Shown piece after piece: positions 1-9,928 of a stretch of DNA of 64,000 nucleotides. This DNA comes from Blastocatellia bacterium. Its GTDB lineage: Bacteria; Acidobacteriota; Blastocatellia; UBA7656. Positions within the stretch are counted from its first letter, which is position 1, and every line of letters starts with the position of its first letter. Position numbers and translations under genes: made by a program. The stretch is taken from the NCBI GenBank assembly GCA_963765495.1, contig CAVXWP010000001.1:352001-416000 (forward strand). Reading direction: 5' to 3'. The notes under the pieces were generated by a model. It did no database searches. It saw only the letters and a list, made by a program, of their open reading frames with translations, and was not told the DNA's origin.

Positions 1-302
1 TCGTAATCGCGGCACATCTGCGGGCGCGTATCATAGACGCCGCAGACATACTCTGTCATTCCGTTTTCGGTCTTGCGTTCCTGAAGCGCATCGCATCGTT
101 TCGGGATAGTGAAGTAATAATCGGTCGAAAACTCGCTTTGGACGTAATCGATCTTCAGCCCGTGAAGTTCCATCCAGCGTATTTCATCGCGTGACTCGTC
201 ATCGACCTCGCCACCGAAAAAGGTCATCGCCCTACAGCACTTGCCGCATTGCAAACAGAGTTCGGATTTTCGCTTTGCCGATAGCCTTTTTGTCTTTTTC
301 AT
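1..302 (-). CDS. YkgJ-family cysteine-cluster (Zn/Fe-chelating) protein, 3' end runs off the window
   Basis: Manual translation from ATG at 302: MKKTKRLSAKRKSELCLQCGKCC...C...CGVYDTRPQMCRDY, the CxxCGxCC...CxxYxxRPxxCR signature. Confidence 0.8.
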   Translation of the reverse strand, partial: MKKTKRLSAKRKSELCLQCGKCCRAMTFFGGEVDDESRDEIRWMELHGLKIDYVQSEFSTDYYFTIPKRCDALQERKTENGMTEYVCGVYDTRPQMCRDY

Positions 303-318
303 AGCAACTCAAACAATA

Positions 319-390
319 GCAGGATTAAAAAAAATAGACAGGATAAACATCAATCTTGTTCATCCTGTCTAAACCCTGTGAATCCTGGTC
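319..390. repeat. 9-mer (ACAGGATTA-type) inverted-repeat hairpin element, family B
   Basis: tagacaggataaaca ... tgttcatcctgtcta with further degenerate caggat/atcctg units, just downstream of ppdK. Confidence 0.7.
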
Positions 391-406
391 CGGCCTTATA
401 AATTCA

Positions 407-3181
407 TCACGCCGTATGCGAGATCGATTGCTCTGAGCCGAGCGCTGCCTGCGCTGCCGCGAGCCTCGCGATTGGCACGCGATAAGGCGAGCAGGAAACA
501 TAGCTCAATCCCACCCGGTCGCAGAAGCCCACCGACGAAGGCTCACCGCCGTGCTCGCCGCAGATTCCTACCTTCAAATCCTTGCGCGTTGATCGCCCTT
601 TTTCGGTTCCCATCTTTACAAGCTGGCCTACGCCCTCCTGATCGAGTACCTGGAACGGATCGTTTTTGAAGATGCGGTTCTCGACATAAAACGGCAGGAA
701 TTTGCCCGAATCGTCACGCGATATGCCGTAGGTGGTCTGAGTCAGATCGTTTGTCCCAAACGAGAAGAACTCTGCTACTTCGGCTATTTTATCGGCGGTA
801 AGGGCCGCACGCGGAAGCTCTATCATAGTGCCTACGAGATACTCGATATGCTGTTTGCTCTTTGCCATCACTTCACCGGCGACGCGGCGAACCACATCGG
901 TCTGAAGTCGCAGTTCGATCACATCCGAGACGAGCGGGATCATGATTTCAGGCAGGACTTTCACGCCGCGAGCCTGCACACGGGCCGCCGCCTCGAATAT
1001 CGCGCGCGCCTGCATCTCGGTTATTTCAGGATAGACGACGCCCAGCCGACAGCCGCGATGGCCGAGCATAGGGTTGGCTTCGTGCAACGCCTGAATTCGT
1101 TCCCAGAGGTGCGCGGGCTTGACCCTGAGCTTGCGCGCGAGCTTGCGCGTCCCCTCTTCGTCGTGGGGCAGAAATTCGTGCAGAGGCGGATCGAGCGTGC
1201 GAATTGTGACCGGCAGTCCGTCCATTGCGCGGAAGATGCCCTCGAAATCCTTTCGCTGAAGCTTGAGCAATTCGGCAAGACCGCCTTTATACAATCGCCT
1301 TGGCTCTTCGATGGCTTTCTTGATTTTCTTGCGCCGCCTCTTAAATTCTTCGAGTTTCTTTGGCGAAGAGGCCCGGCTTATCTCTGCGTCGGCCACCGCG
1401 AGGTCGCGTTCGAGTCGCTTGTATTCGAGCGAGCCGAGTATCATCTGGCGCACATAATCTATGCGGTTTCCCTCGAAAAACATGTGCTCGGTGCGGCAAA
1501 GCCCGATGCCTTCGGCTCCAAACTCGCGCGCTACCTTTGCATCGCCCGGTGTGTCTGCGTTTGTGCGCACGCGCATACGGCGATGCTTGTCGGCCCACTC
1601 CATCAACTGATGGAAATCGTCTCCAAGCTTGGGATCGATGAGCGGGGCCTGACCTTCGATCACGCGACCCGAGGTTCCGTCTATCGTTATCCAATCGCCC
1701 TGTTTGACGCGGGTGCCGTTTACGGCAAATTCGTTTTTGGCATAATGGATCGAGATTTCGCCCGCGCCGACTATGCAGGGTTTGCCCCATCCTCGCGCCA
1801 CGACAGCAGCGTGACTGGTCGGGCCGCCCGTGGATGTGAGTATCGCCTGCGCCGCGTCCATGCCGCGCACATCTTCGGGCGAAGTCTCGTGACGGACGAG
1901 GATTACCGGTTCGCCTTTTGCGGCCCATTCTTCGGCTTCCTTCGGAGTAAACACTACGCGGCCCACGGCAGCGCCGGGGCTTGCGTTTATGCCCTGAGTC
2001 AGGACTTTGACCGCGCCTTTCGGGTCTATCATCTTGTGAAGCAGTTGATCGAGATCGCCCGCAGGTACTCTGAGCACGGCCGTCGGTTCGTCTATCAATC
2101 CTTCGCGGGCCATATCGACCGCGACCTTTACGGCGGCAGGCCCTGTGCGCTTGCCGTTTCTCGTCTGGAGCATCCAGAGCTTGCCACGCTCGATTGTGAA
2201 CTCCAAATCCTGCATGTCGCGATAGTGGCGTTCGAGCTTGTTGGCTACTTCGACAAACTCGTTATAGATTTCGGGCATGTCGTTCTTTAGCTCATCAATG
2301 TGCTTGGGCGTGCGGATGCCCGCTACCACGTCTTCGCCCTGAGCGTTGGTCAGATAATCGCCGAAAAGCTGTTTCTCGCCCGTAGCCGGGTTGCGCGTAA
2401 AAGCTACGCCCGTGCCGCTGTCGTTTCCCATATTGCCGAAGACCATGGTGACTACGTTGACAGCCGTTCCCAGATCATCGGGTATCTTTTCTCTGCGGCG
2501 ATATGCTATAGCGCGGTCGCCGTTCCAGGACCGAAAGACCGCCTTGACCGACTCTTCAAGCTGACGGAGAGGATCGGTAGGGAACTCCGCGCCGGTCTCG
2601 CGCCGAACTATGGCTTTGAAATCTTCCGAGACCTTTTTGAGGTGTTCTGCCGTCAGATCGGTGTCGAGCTTTGCCTTTGCCTTTCGCTTGGTCTCGCTGA
2701 GAGAGTGCTCGAACAACTCTGCGTCTATGCCGAGCACTATCTTGCCGAACATCTGTATAAAACGGCGGTAGGCGTCGTATGCGAACCGCTCGTTTGATGT
2801 GAGCGCGGCCAGACCCTTCAGGGTTTCGTCGTTGAGGCCGAGGTTCAGCACAGTATCCATCATCCCGGGCATCGAGAATTTCGCGCCTGACCTCACAGAG
2901 ACAAGCAGGGGGTTCGAGGGGTCGCCGAATTTCTTGCCCGTGGCGCGTTCTACTTTTGCGAGCGCCTTCAGGGACTGGTCCCACATCCCCTCGGGAAACT
3001 GCGCGCCCACCTCATAGTAGGCATTGCAAGCCTCGGTAGTAATCGTAAAACCTGGGGGCACGGGCAGACCCGCATTGGTCATTTCGGCAAGCCCCGCGCC
3101 CTTCCCGCCGAGCAAATCTTTCATGTCGCCGCGCCCGTCGGCCTTGCCGTTTGCAAACAGATAAACATATTTCTTTGCCAT
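407..3181 (-). CDS. ppdK: Pyruvate, phosphate dikinase
   Basis: LGGKGAGLAEM, VSVRSGA, TSHAAVVARG (phospho-His), LCRTEHMF, FSFGTNDLTQ, GICGEHGG motifs. Confidence 0.98.
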   Translation of the reverse strand: MAKKYVYLFANGKADGRGDMKDLLGGKGAGLAEMTNAGLPVPPGFTITTEACNAYYEVGAQFPEGMWDQSLKALAKVERATGKKFGDPSNPLLVSVRSGAKFSMPGMMDTVLNLGLNDETLKGLAALTSNERFAYDAYRRFIQMFGKIVLGIDAELFEHSLSETKRKAKAKLDTDLTAEHLKKVSEDFKAIVRRETGAEFPTDPLRQLEESVKAVFRSWNGDRAIAYRRREKIPDDLGTAVNVVTMVFGNMGNDSGTGVAFTRNPATGEKQLFGDYLTNAQGEDVVAGIRTPKHIDELKNDMPEIYNEFVEVANKLERHYRDMQDLEFTIERGKLWMLQTRNGKRTGPAAVKVAVDMAREGLIDEPTAVLRVPAGDLDQLLHKMIDPKGAVKVLTQGINASPGAAVGRVVFTPKEAEEWAAKGEPVILVRHETSPEDVRGMDAAQAILTSTGGPTSHAAVVARGWGKPCIVGAGEISIHYAKNEFAVNGTRVKQGDWITIDGTSGRVIEGQAPLIDPKLGDDFHQLMEWADKHRRMRVRTNADTPGDAKVAREFGAEGIGLCRTEHMFFEGNRIDYVRQMILGSLEYKRLERDLAVADAEISRASSPKKLEEFKRRRKKIKKAIEEPRRLYKGGLAELLKLQRKDFEGIFRAMDGLPVTIRTLDPPLHEFLPHDEEGTRKLARKLRVKPAHLWERIQALHEANPMLGHRGCRLGVVYPEITEMQARAIFEAAARVQARGVKVLPEIMIPLVSDVIELRLQTDVVRRVAGEVMAKSKQHIEYLVGTMIELPRAALTADKIAEVAEFFSFGTNDLTQTTYGISRDDSGKFLPFYVENRIFKNDPFQVLDQEGVGQLVKMGTEKGRSTRKDLKVGICGEHGGEPSSVGFCDRVGLSYVSCSPYRVPIARLAAAQAALGSEQSISHTA

Positions 3182-3419
3182 TTAATTGGTCTCCTGTGCT
3201 GATCACCTGTCGAAAAGATGATTCGTCAAAGATTGTTGAAAGTAGTAAGAAAAAGTCAAACTTATCGAATACTGGAAAGCGGTGCGGCTTGTCAAGTGGG
3301 CGCGGTTTTGAGCCGCTTAATGTTTGCGGAATTTATCGCGCAAGAAGCAACGCTTATCAATCGAACGAGTCGGGTGCTGCGGGCTGCCAAGCGGGGGCCA
3401 GTGATCTGCGTGCTATCTG

Positions 3420-4910
3420 TTACTTCCCATCCGAAGCCGCCTCAAACGATGTCAGCATATAAGTCATCCCGCCTCGCTTGAGGCGAACCGGAATTCCGAG
3501 CTTTGTCTCTGTCCACCATTCGCTGATCTCTTCGCCGGGCTTGCTTGTGAAATGTTTGGCGCGAAATTCCCCGGCGGGCACGCGAAATGTCTCTTCTCCC
3601 AAACTCTTATAGTCTGTTGAGACAAGCGTGCCCACGGTGGCTGCGAAATCTTGCGGCGCTATAAATTCGGCTAGTCTGTCACGTTCTTTGTCGGATGCCC
3701 GTGCCTGGTTAAACCCTTCGGCCGCTACGGATGGAGAGGAAAATATCATGCGGCCCGGCACGTTCAAAGTTTGCTCTACGGCTCCCGACAGGTTGCCGCG
3801 CAACCTGGCCGTCAAAGTGTCGCCGCCTATGTTATAGCGGGCGCGGGTCACATCGTCCGCGCGATGTTTCGTGATTTCGATGAAGTTCGGCTGGCGGTTG
3901 GCATCGCTTCTTTGAAAGACCTCGGTGGCAAGTTCGCCGGATTCTATCCGACTGTGCAGGAGGTATCCGCCGTCTGATGTGCGATAGAGTTCCCAGGTTT
4001 CGGTTCCGCATTCTTTACTGTCGCTCGTGCGGCAGAGATAAGCGCCGTGAGCGATTTCAGCCCCGCGTGACCATCTGCCTTTATGCTCCTGAAGCCTACC
4101 GGCAAGGATGTCGGCAAGCTCTTTTTCTGCGGTGTCGGCGGCAGGCGTCTCGACCATTCGGCCAAGCTCGTGCCCTTCGCGCTCGACAATCATCGTGGGA
4201 ACATTGATCACACGTCGCGATTGAATCGTATCAAGCGGGTTCTGGAATTGATTGTCTATGCCTATGAGCAAGACGTGCAGGTGATCGTTTCCGGCCGCCT
4301 TTAAAGTCTTGAGCAGTTTCGGCACATAGTTCTTGCTGTCGGGGCACCACGTTCCAAACAGAAGCGTCACGGTAGTATCTTTGTCGGCGGCCTTGAGCGC
4401 GGATACAGTCTCGGGCGCGGGCTTATAATTTTCCATAGCCGCGTGCCAGACGGGCACGGTCTCCCATAATTGCTGTTCGCTCATTTCGCCCACTCTTCCG
4501 GGATGGCGGCGCACGAGCACAGATTTTTTGTTGACCGAAAGCAGGTATGTAGAGCTGTCGAGCCGGGTAAAGGTTCCCGCATTCTGCGCGGGAGCCTCCG
4601 CCTCAGAGGTCGCGGACTCGCGATCCGAAGCGAATCGAAATGCCTCTTTCGCCATCGTAGTGAATGTGCCTTCGGCGGTATTGAGCACGACTGCGCGGTC
4701 GAGTTTCGATGCGATTACAGCCATCTTTTTATGATCATCTGAGAACAAAACCTGCGCGGCAGGGTCAAGCTCTCCTTCGACAAATACATCGCGGGTCGAA
4801 TCGCTCCAACTGCTCGTGCCCGCCTTTCCCGCCTGCGCTGCGGCTGTTTTCAGGCAGACTGTCGTCAAACAGGTGGCTGTCATCAATATCAGGACCGTGA
4901 TTCTCTTCAT
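3420..4910 (-). CDS. Secreted multidomain protein with a central thioredoxin-like (WCPDS) domain
   Basis: Signal peptide; FGTWCPDS and VINVPTMIV cis-Pro motif; beta-rich C-terminal domain (VPAGEFRA). Confidence 0.75.
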   Translation of the reverse strand: MKRITVLILMTATCLTTVCLKTAAAQAGKAGTSSWSDSTRDVFVEGELDPAAQVLFSDDHKKMAVIASKLDRAVVLNTAEGTFTTMAKEAFRFASDRESATSEAEAPAQNAGTFTRLDSSTYLLSVNKKSVLVRRHPGRVGEMSEQQLWETVPVWHAAMENYKPAPETVSALKAADKDTTVTLLFGTWCPDSKNYVPKLLKTLKAAGNDHLHVLLIGIDNQFQNPLDTIQSRRVINVPTMIVEREGHELGRMVETPAADTAEKELADILAGRLQEHKGRWSRGAEIAHGAYLCRTSDSKECGTETWELYRTSDGGYLLHSRIESGELATEVFQRSDANRQPNFIEITKHRADDVTRARYNIGGDTLTARLRGNLSGAVEQTLNVPGRMIFSSPSVAAEGFNQARASDKERDRLAEFIAPQDFAATVGTLVSTDYKSLGEETFRVPAGEFRAKHFTSKPGEEISEWWTETKLGIPVRLKRGGMTYMLTSFEAASDGK

Positions 4911-5107
4911 AAAATCTCGCTTTCGATAAATAAGAATATCGGCTATGGATATACGCGCCGTTTCGATTCGAGGCTACAGCGCCGGACTGATTCAGCATAT
5001 TAAAGCCGTCTCTTGATAGCAAATCGAGGCGCGGTTAAGCTAGAATTCTTCGGGCTCGGGCGAGAAAGGGTTGAAGTTGCCTGCGCCAGTTGAGAGGATA
5101 ATAGCCG

Positions 5108-6091
5108 ATGATTAAAAAAGTTCTGATAGCCAAGCCGCGCGGGTTTTGCGCGGGCGTAGTGCGCGCAATTGATATAGTCGAACGGGCGCTTGAGATGTTT
5201 CCCTCGCCTATTTATGTCTTTCATGAAATAGTTCACAACCGCTATATCGTAGACAGCCTCAGCCAGCGCGGCGTGGTTTTCGTAGACAGCCTCGACGAAG
5301 TGCCCGCCGGAGAGATAGTCATCTTCAGCGCGCACGGAGTTTCGCCCCAGATTCGCGATACAGCCACGGCTAAGACTTTGAACATGATTGATGCCACCTG
5401 CCCGCTTGTTACAAAGGTGCACCTTGAGGCGATCAGATTCGCCCGCCAGGATTATTCGATAATACTCATAGGACATCCCGGCCACGAAGAGGTGGAAGGC
5501 ACTATGGGCGAAGCGCCCATGCAACTGGTAAGCACGGTCGAGGAAGCCGAATCGCTCGAAGTGCCCGATCCCGAAAGGGTCGTCTATATCACTCAAACTA
5601 CTTTGAGCCTGGATGATGTGGCACAGATAGTCGAGGCATTAAAACGGAGATTTCCGAAGCTGAAAGCTCCTGCAAAAGATGACATCTGTTATGCCACGCA
5701 GAACCGTCAGAACGCGGTCAGGGACATAGCCGACCGGGTGGATGTCCTGCTTGTTGTAGGCTCGCAAAACAGTTCGAATTCCCAGCGTCTGCGCGAAGTC
5801 GCTCTGGCCTCGGGCACACCTTCCTATCTGGTCAACGACGAAACCGAGATCGACCCCGAATGGCTGACGGATGCGGAAGTAGTGGGCGTAACGGCGGGAG
5901 CATCGGCCCCGGAAGAGCTTACATCCCGCGTGCTGGAGCATTTGCGCTCGCTCGGCGCTGCCGAGATTGAAGTGATGAGTGGCGAAGACGAAGACGTTCA
6001 TTTCGCCCTGCCGCAGGAATTGTTGAGCACCGTGCAGTTGACGATTGAAAGCAAGCCTAAAGAATTACGAAGATCGTATGAGCAACCCTGA
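5108..6091 (+). CDS. ispH: 4-hydroxy-3-methylbut-2-enyl diphosphate reductase
   Basis: PRGFCAGV, IVHN, FSAHG, DATCPLV, DICYATQNRQ, SSNS, GVTAGASAP. Confidence 0.98.
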   Translation: MIKKVLIAKPRGFCAGVVRAIDIVERALEMFPSPIYVFHEIVHNRYIVDSLSQRGVVFVDSLDEVPAGEIVIFSAHGVSPQIRDTATAKTLNMIDATCPLVTKVHLEAIRFARQDYSIILIGHPGHEEVEGTMGEAPMQLVSTVEEAESLEVPDPERVVYITQTTLSLDDVAQIVEALKRRFPKLKAPAKDDICYATQNRQNAVRDIADRVDVLLVVGSQNSSNSQRLREVALASGTPSYLVNDETEIDPEWLTDAEVVGVTAGASAPEELTSRVLEHLRSLGAAEIEVMSGEDEDVHFALPQELLSTVQLTIESKPKELRRSYEQP

Positions 6092-6178
6092 AGACAGGAT
6101 TTACGAGATTTCAAAGGATTGACAGGATTAAGAAAAAATCCTGGTCAATCCATCGGAATCCCGTAAATCCTGTCTTCA
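6089..6178. repeat. Family B 9-mer hairpin element between convergent ispH and cphA, probable bidirectional terminator
   Basis: Perfect 17-bp inverted repeat TGAAGACAGGATTTACG (6089-6105) / CGTAAATCCTGTCTTCA (6162-6178) with inner ggatt/aatcc units. Confidence 0.8.
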
Positions 6179-8797
6179 AACGCCCGCCGCGCCCGCCCGC
6201 TCGTCGCGGAATTTTATTATCTGCTCGAAGGTGCGTTTTATGTCATCTGCGGTGATGACGATCAAATCATCCCTGACCGCCTGTTGCAAAGCATAGGCTA
6301 CGGCCCGCTGCTCATCCGTGATTATTTCAATCGCTTCGGCCTTGAGCCCTTCGGCCATCGCTCCGCGCTTGAGCAACTCTGCGGCTTCGCCGTCGGGGCG
6401 ACCTCGTCGGTCGTCGTCTTCTTTTATGATGAGCCTGTCGAAGGCCGTGCCTGCGATCCTTCCCATAGTTTCGATGTCCTGATCGCGTCTGTCGCCCGGA
6501 GCCGCGACCACTCCTATGCGGCGGTCCACGTTCAACTTTTGAATAAAAGTGGCCACGTTGCGATAGGCTGCCGGGTTGTGCGCGTAATCGAGCAATACAT
6601 GAAAATCGCCTATACGCTCCAGATTGAGCCTTCCGGGCGAGAGATAAAAGTGCGTGCCGAAGGTCTTCAGACCCGCCCGTATATCATCAATCTTCACATC
6701 CGATAGATGGGCCGCGAGCGCCGCCGCCATAGCGTTTGCCACGTTGAAGAGTGCGCGCCCGTTAAAAGTGGCCGGGATTGAATTCAGGTTCATCACGGGT
6801 ATTTCCTGCGGCCCGCGCCTTATGATGATCGAGTGATCGACGAGTGCCGCGCCTATGCCTCCCTGCTCTATGTGATTGCGCCACACCTCGTTTTCGACAT
6901 CGAGCGTGAAATAGCAGACCTGCCCTCCCGCCTTTTCGGCTACGGCCACAAGCTGCGGGTCTTCGGCGTTTAGTATCGAATAGCCTTCGGGGCGGACGAT
7001 TTCAGTCACTATTGATTTGACATAGGCGAGGTCTTCGAGAGTTTCGATGCCGCGCATGCCTAGGTGATCTTCCGAGACGTTTGTGATGATGCCTATGTCG
7101 CAGGCATCAAACCCGAGCCCTGCGCGCAGTATTCCGCCTCGCGCCGTTTCCAGAACGGCGAAATCCACGGTCGGGTCTCTGAGCGCCATCTGAGCCGACC
7201 AGGGGCCGGTCAGATCGCCTTGCAGCAATCGCTTCCCGTCTATGTACATTCCGTCGGTGGTAGTAAGGCCGACTTTTTTCCCCGCCATCTTCAGTATGTG
7301 CGCGAGCATTCTTGAGGTCGTCGTCTTGCCGTTTGTCCCGGTGATTGCGACTACGGGTATGCGGCTTGGCGAGCCTTCGGGAAAGAGCATCTCAAGCATT
7401 GCCCCGGCCACATCGCGCGGCTTCCCTTCGGTCGGGTGAACGTGCATGCGAAAACCCGGCGCTGCGTTGATCTCGCATATAGCGCCGCGCGTCTCTTCGA
7501 GCGGGCGCGTTATGTCTGTTGTCAGCATATCGACTCCGGCCACATCAAGCCCTATGATGCGCGCCGCGCGCCTTGCGGTTTCTATATTGGCATAGTGGAT
7601 TTCGTCGGTGCGGTCGATGGCCGTGCCGCCCGTGCTGATGTTTGCCGTAAGCTTCAGCCATACTCTTTTGCCCGCTTCGGGAACTGAATCCACAGTGTAG
7701 TTCTGCTCGGCGATCAGTCTTTCGGATTCTTCATTGATAAAGATTTTAGTCAGAGGCTTTTCGTGCCCTTCGCCGCGCATAGGATTTTTGTTCTCTTCGT
7801 CCAAAAGCTCTTGAATCGTATGCGTGCCGTCGCCCGTGACGTGCGCGGGCAATCGCTCGGCCACGGCCACTACCTCGCCGTTTATTACAAGCACGCGGTG
7901 GTCGCGCCCTTCGATAAAGCGCTCGATGATAATGTCATCCGAATAATCGAGCGCGCGCTCGAATGCCTGTCTCACTTCGTCTTCGGAGTTCAGGTTGATG
8001 GCTACGCCCTTGCCGTGATTGGCATTGAGCGGTTTTACGACCACGGGAAAGCCTATATCGCGGGCCGTTTCCACCGCGTCTTCAACCGCGCTTACTGTGC
8101 GGCCACGCGGAACAGGGACGCCCGCGTCATCGAGCATCTTCTTGGTCAGTTCTTTGTTACAGGCGATGTCGGTAGCGATCAAACTGGTCTTTGATGTGAC
8201 GGTAGCTTCTATGCGCTGCTGATATATTCCATAGCCGAGTTGAACCAGATTTCGATTGTTCAATCGAAGTATTGGAATGTCTCTCTCTTTCGCTTTATCG
8301 ATGATGGCCTGTGTGCTTGGCCCGTAAGCCACGCGGTCGAGTATGCGGCTGAGCGAGGCGAGTTCCTCCGCATAGTCGAGCGGCTTATCATAAGCCAGAT
8401 GCTCGACTATTCTGATCGCAGCACGCCCGGCTTCAAGCCCGACTTCTTCTTCGATATAGGAATAGATGACGTTATAGACGCCCGTCTCTCCGGTCGAGCG
8501 CGATTTGCCGTAGCCGACAGGCGTGCCCACCAGACATTGCAATTCGAGCGCGATGTGTTCGACTATGTGCCCGGCCCACGTGCCGTCTTTCAGCCGGGAT
8601 ATGAATCCGCCCGGCACGCCCTCCGAGCATCGGTGCTCGTAAAGCGAGGGGATCATCTCTATAAGGCGATCTGTGAAATTGTCTATCTTGTTCGAAGGCC
8701 GCTCTTCAAGGTCTTCGATGTCGAGCACTATTCTGATCACAGGGCGCAGGCTGTAAGTGTTCGGCCCGCGAAAGACCTGAGTCTCAAGTATTTTCAT
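6176..8797 (-). CDS. cphA: Cyanophycin synthetase CphA1
   Basis: N-domain GPN...C-x19-HIVEH; ATP-grasp domain (KPLNANHGKGV, EINAAPGFRMH); Mur-ligase domain (ITGTNGKTTT, ETARGG, DYAHN); 873 aa. Confidence 0.96.
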   Translation of the reverse strand: MKILETQVFRGPNTYSLRPVIRIVLDIEDLEERPSNKIDNFTDRLIEMIPSLYEHRCSEGVPGGFISRLKDGTWAGHIVEHIALELQCLVGTPVGYGKSRSTGETGVYNVIYSYIEEEVGLEAGRAAIRIVEHLAYDKPLDYAEELASLSRILDRVAYGPSTQAIIDKAKERDIPILRLNNRNLVQLGYGIYQQRIEATVTSKTSLIATDIACNKELTKKMLDDAGVPVPRGRTVSAVEDAVETARDIGFPVVVKPLNANHGKGVAINLNSEDEVRQAFERALDYSDDIIIERFIEGRDHRVLVINGEVVAVAERLPAHVTGDGTHTIQELLDEENKNPMRGEGHEKPLTKIFINEESERLIAEQNYTVDSVPEAGKRVWLKLTANISTGGTAIDRTDEIHYANIETARRAARIIGLDVAGVDMLTTDITRPLEETRGAICEINAAPGFRMHVHPTEGKPRDVAGAMLEMLFPEGSPSRIPVVAITGTNGKTTTSRMLAHILKMAGKKVGLTTTDGMYIDGKRLLQGDLTGPWSAQMALRDPTVDFAVLETARGGILRAGLGFDACDIGIITNVSEDHLGMRGIETLEDLAYVKSIVTEIVRPEGYSILNAEDPQLVAVAEKAGGQVCYFTLDVENEVWRNHIEQGGIGAALVDHSIIIRRGPQEIPVMNLNSIPATFNGRALFNVANAMAAALAAHLSDVKIDDIRAGLKTFGTHFYLSPGRLNLERIGDFHVLLDYAHNPAAYRNVATFIQKLNVDRRIGVVAAPGDRRDQDIETMGRIAGTAFDRLIIKEDDDRRGRPDGEAAELLKRGAMAEGLKAEAIEIITDEQRAVAYALQQAVRDDLIVITADDIKRTFEQIIKFRDERAGAAGV

Positions 8798-8801
8798 GCT
8801 G

Positions 8802-9623
8802 TCACTCCTCAGAGATAACCGCGCGCTTTTTCAAATCGAACTGGCCGCCATGCACAAGCATGTGAAGCGTCAGGTTTGTAAAGGCCAGAGGCGTTCCATC
8901 AGGCGTAGTCGCCGGATTGGCCGATTGCATGTTCGTGCTGTCAACTACGGTCACAGTGCCCCGTCCGAGGACTTTCAGCCGGGCATCGGGAGTGACGACT
9001 GCCGCCGTGTCTTCGTCAACGCCTATGCCGAGCATAGCGGGAAAAGACATCACGGCGGTTATCAAGCGTCCGATGCGGTTGCGCTGATGAAAGTGCTGAT
9101 CGACAAGCAGAGACCGGGTCAGCCCGAGACCAGTTGAGAGTTTAACCATGCCGCTGCGGGGAAAACTGCCGCGCACGCCGCCTCCGATCATCGGATTGCT
9201 GACGGCGGCTGCGCCCGCGCTTGTGCCCGCGACGGTCGCTCCTTTTTCAAAGGCCGACAGTATGGCGCGAAGCGAAGCCGTGCCGTGAAGGACAGAGACT
9301 ATTTTATTTTGATCTCCCCCGGTAAGAAAGATGCCGCGCGCTCGGGCAAGGTCTCTGGCCACGTCGGGCAAATCGGCGTCTTCGCGTTTAAAGAGCGGCA
9401 GCACCTGTACCGATTGCGCTCCGAGGTCCGTAAAGATTTGCTGATAGATCGCTCCGCTCTCTTCGCTTTCAGAGGCCGAAGGCAGAATGGCGAGCCGCGC
9501 GCGTCTGCCGCCGCAATAATCAAAGAAGCTTCTGAGAATAAACTTCTGCTCGAATTTGTCTTCCGCGCCCCCGATCAACATCAACTTCCCCTGCCGGGAG
9601 ACTGCCGCTTTTGCTCTGGCCAT
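8802..9623 (-). CDS. cphB: Cyanophycinase (peptidase S51)
   Basis: IGGAEDK, TGGDQ, AGTSAGA (Ser), DQHF (His), GVDE (Glu); directly upstream of cphA. ATG at 9623 preferred. Confidence 0.94.
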   Translation of the reverse strand: MARAKAAVSRQGKLMLIGGAEDKFEQKFILRSFFDYCGGRRARLAILPSASESEESGAIYQQIFTDLGAQSVQVLPLFKREDADLPDVARDLARARGIFLTGGDQNKIVSVLHGTASLRAILSAFEKGATVAGTSAGAAAVSNPMIGGGVRGSFPRSGMVKLSTGLGLTRSLLVDQHFHQRNRIGRLITAVMSFPAMLGIGVDEDTAAVVTPDARLKVLGRGTVTVVDSTNMQSANPATTPDGTPLAFTNLTLHMLVHGGQFDLKKRAVISEE

Positions 9624-9632
9624 ATTCAACTC

Positions 9633-9719
9633 TGATGCGTGATGCGTAATAGGACAGGTTTACAGGTTGTGTTTTACAGACAAGCCCCTGAGAACCACGC
9701 GTCACACCTTACGCATCGC
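9633..9719. repeat. Heptamer (GCGTGAT) inverted-array element, family A
   Basis: tgatgcgtgatgcgtaat ... ccacgcgtcacaccttacgcatcgc flanking a core homologous to other family A copies. Confidence 0.65.
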
Positions 9720-9928
9720 TTTCCTTTTCCACCTCTTGCGACCTGAAACATTAGCCGTTAATTGCAAGGGTTATCAAGTGGCAATACGATATGCCATCGA
9801 GCCCGAGCGCAATTCGAGGTTCAAAAACGATTCGTCAACCGCTATACTTTATTGCCTGTCAAAAACCTGCCCGCACAAGTTGTAGCATCGTTGCAGCATC
9901 GAGGTGGGAATAACGTATCGGAGGCCCT

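Noticed and set aside
848-2290. 480-aa plus-strand ORF, and similar long antisense ORFs at 5000-5596, 11119-11859, 15955-17034, 38358-39032, 44478-45338, 45990-46742 and 55500-56270
   Set aside because: Antisense shadows of well-supported genes in GC-rich DNA; no motifs, and several begin in repeat-derived peptides such as HASRIT.
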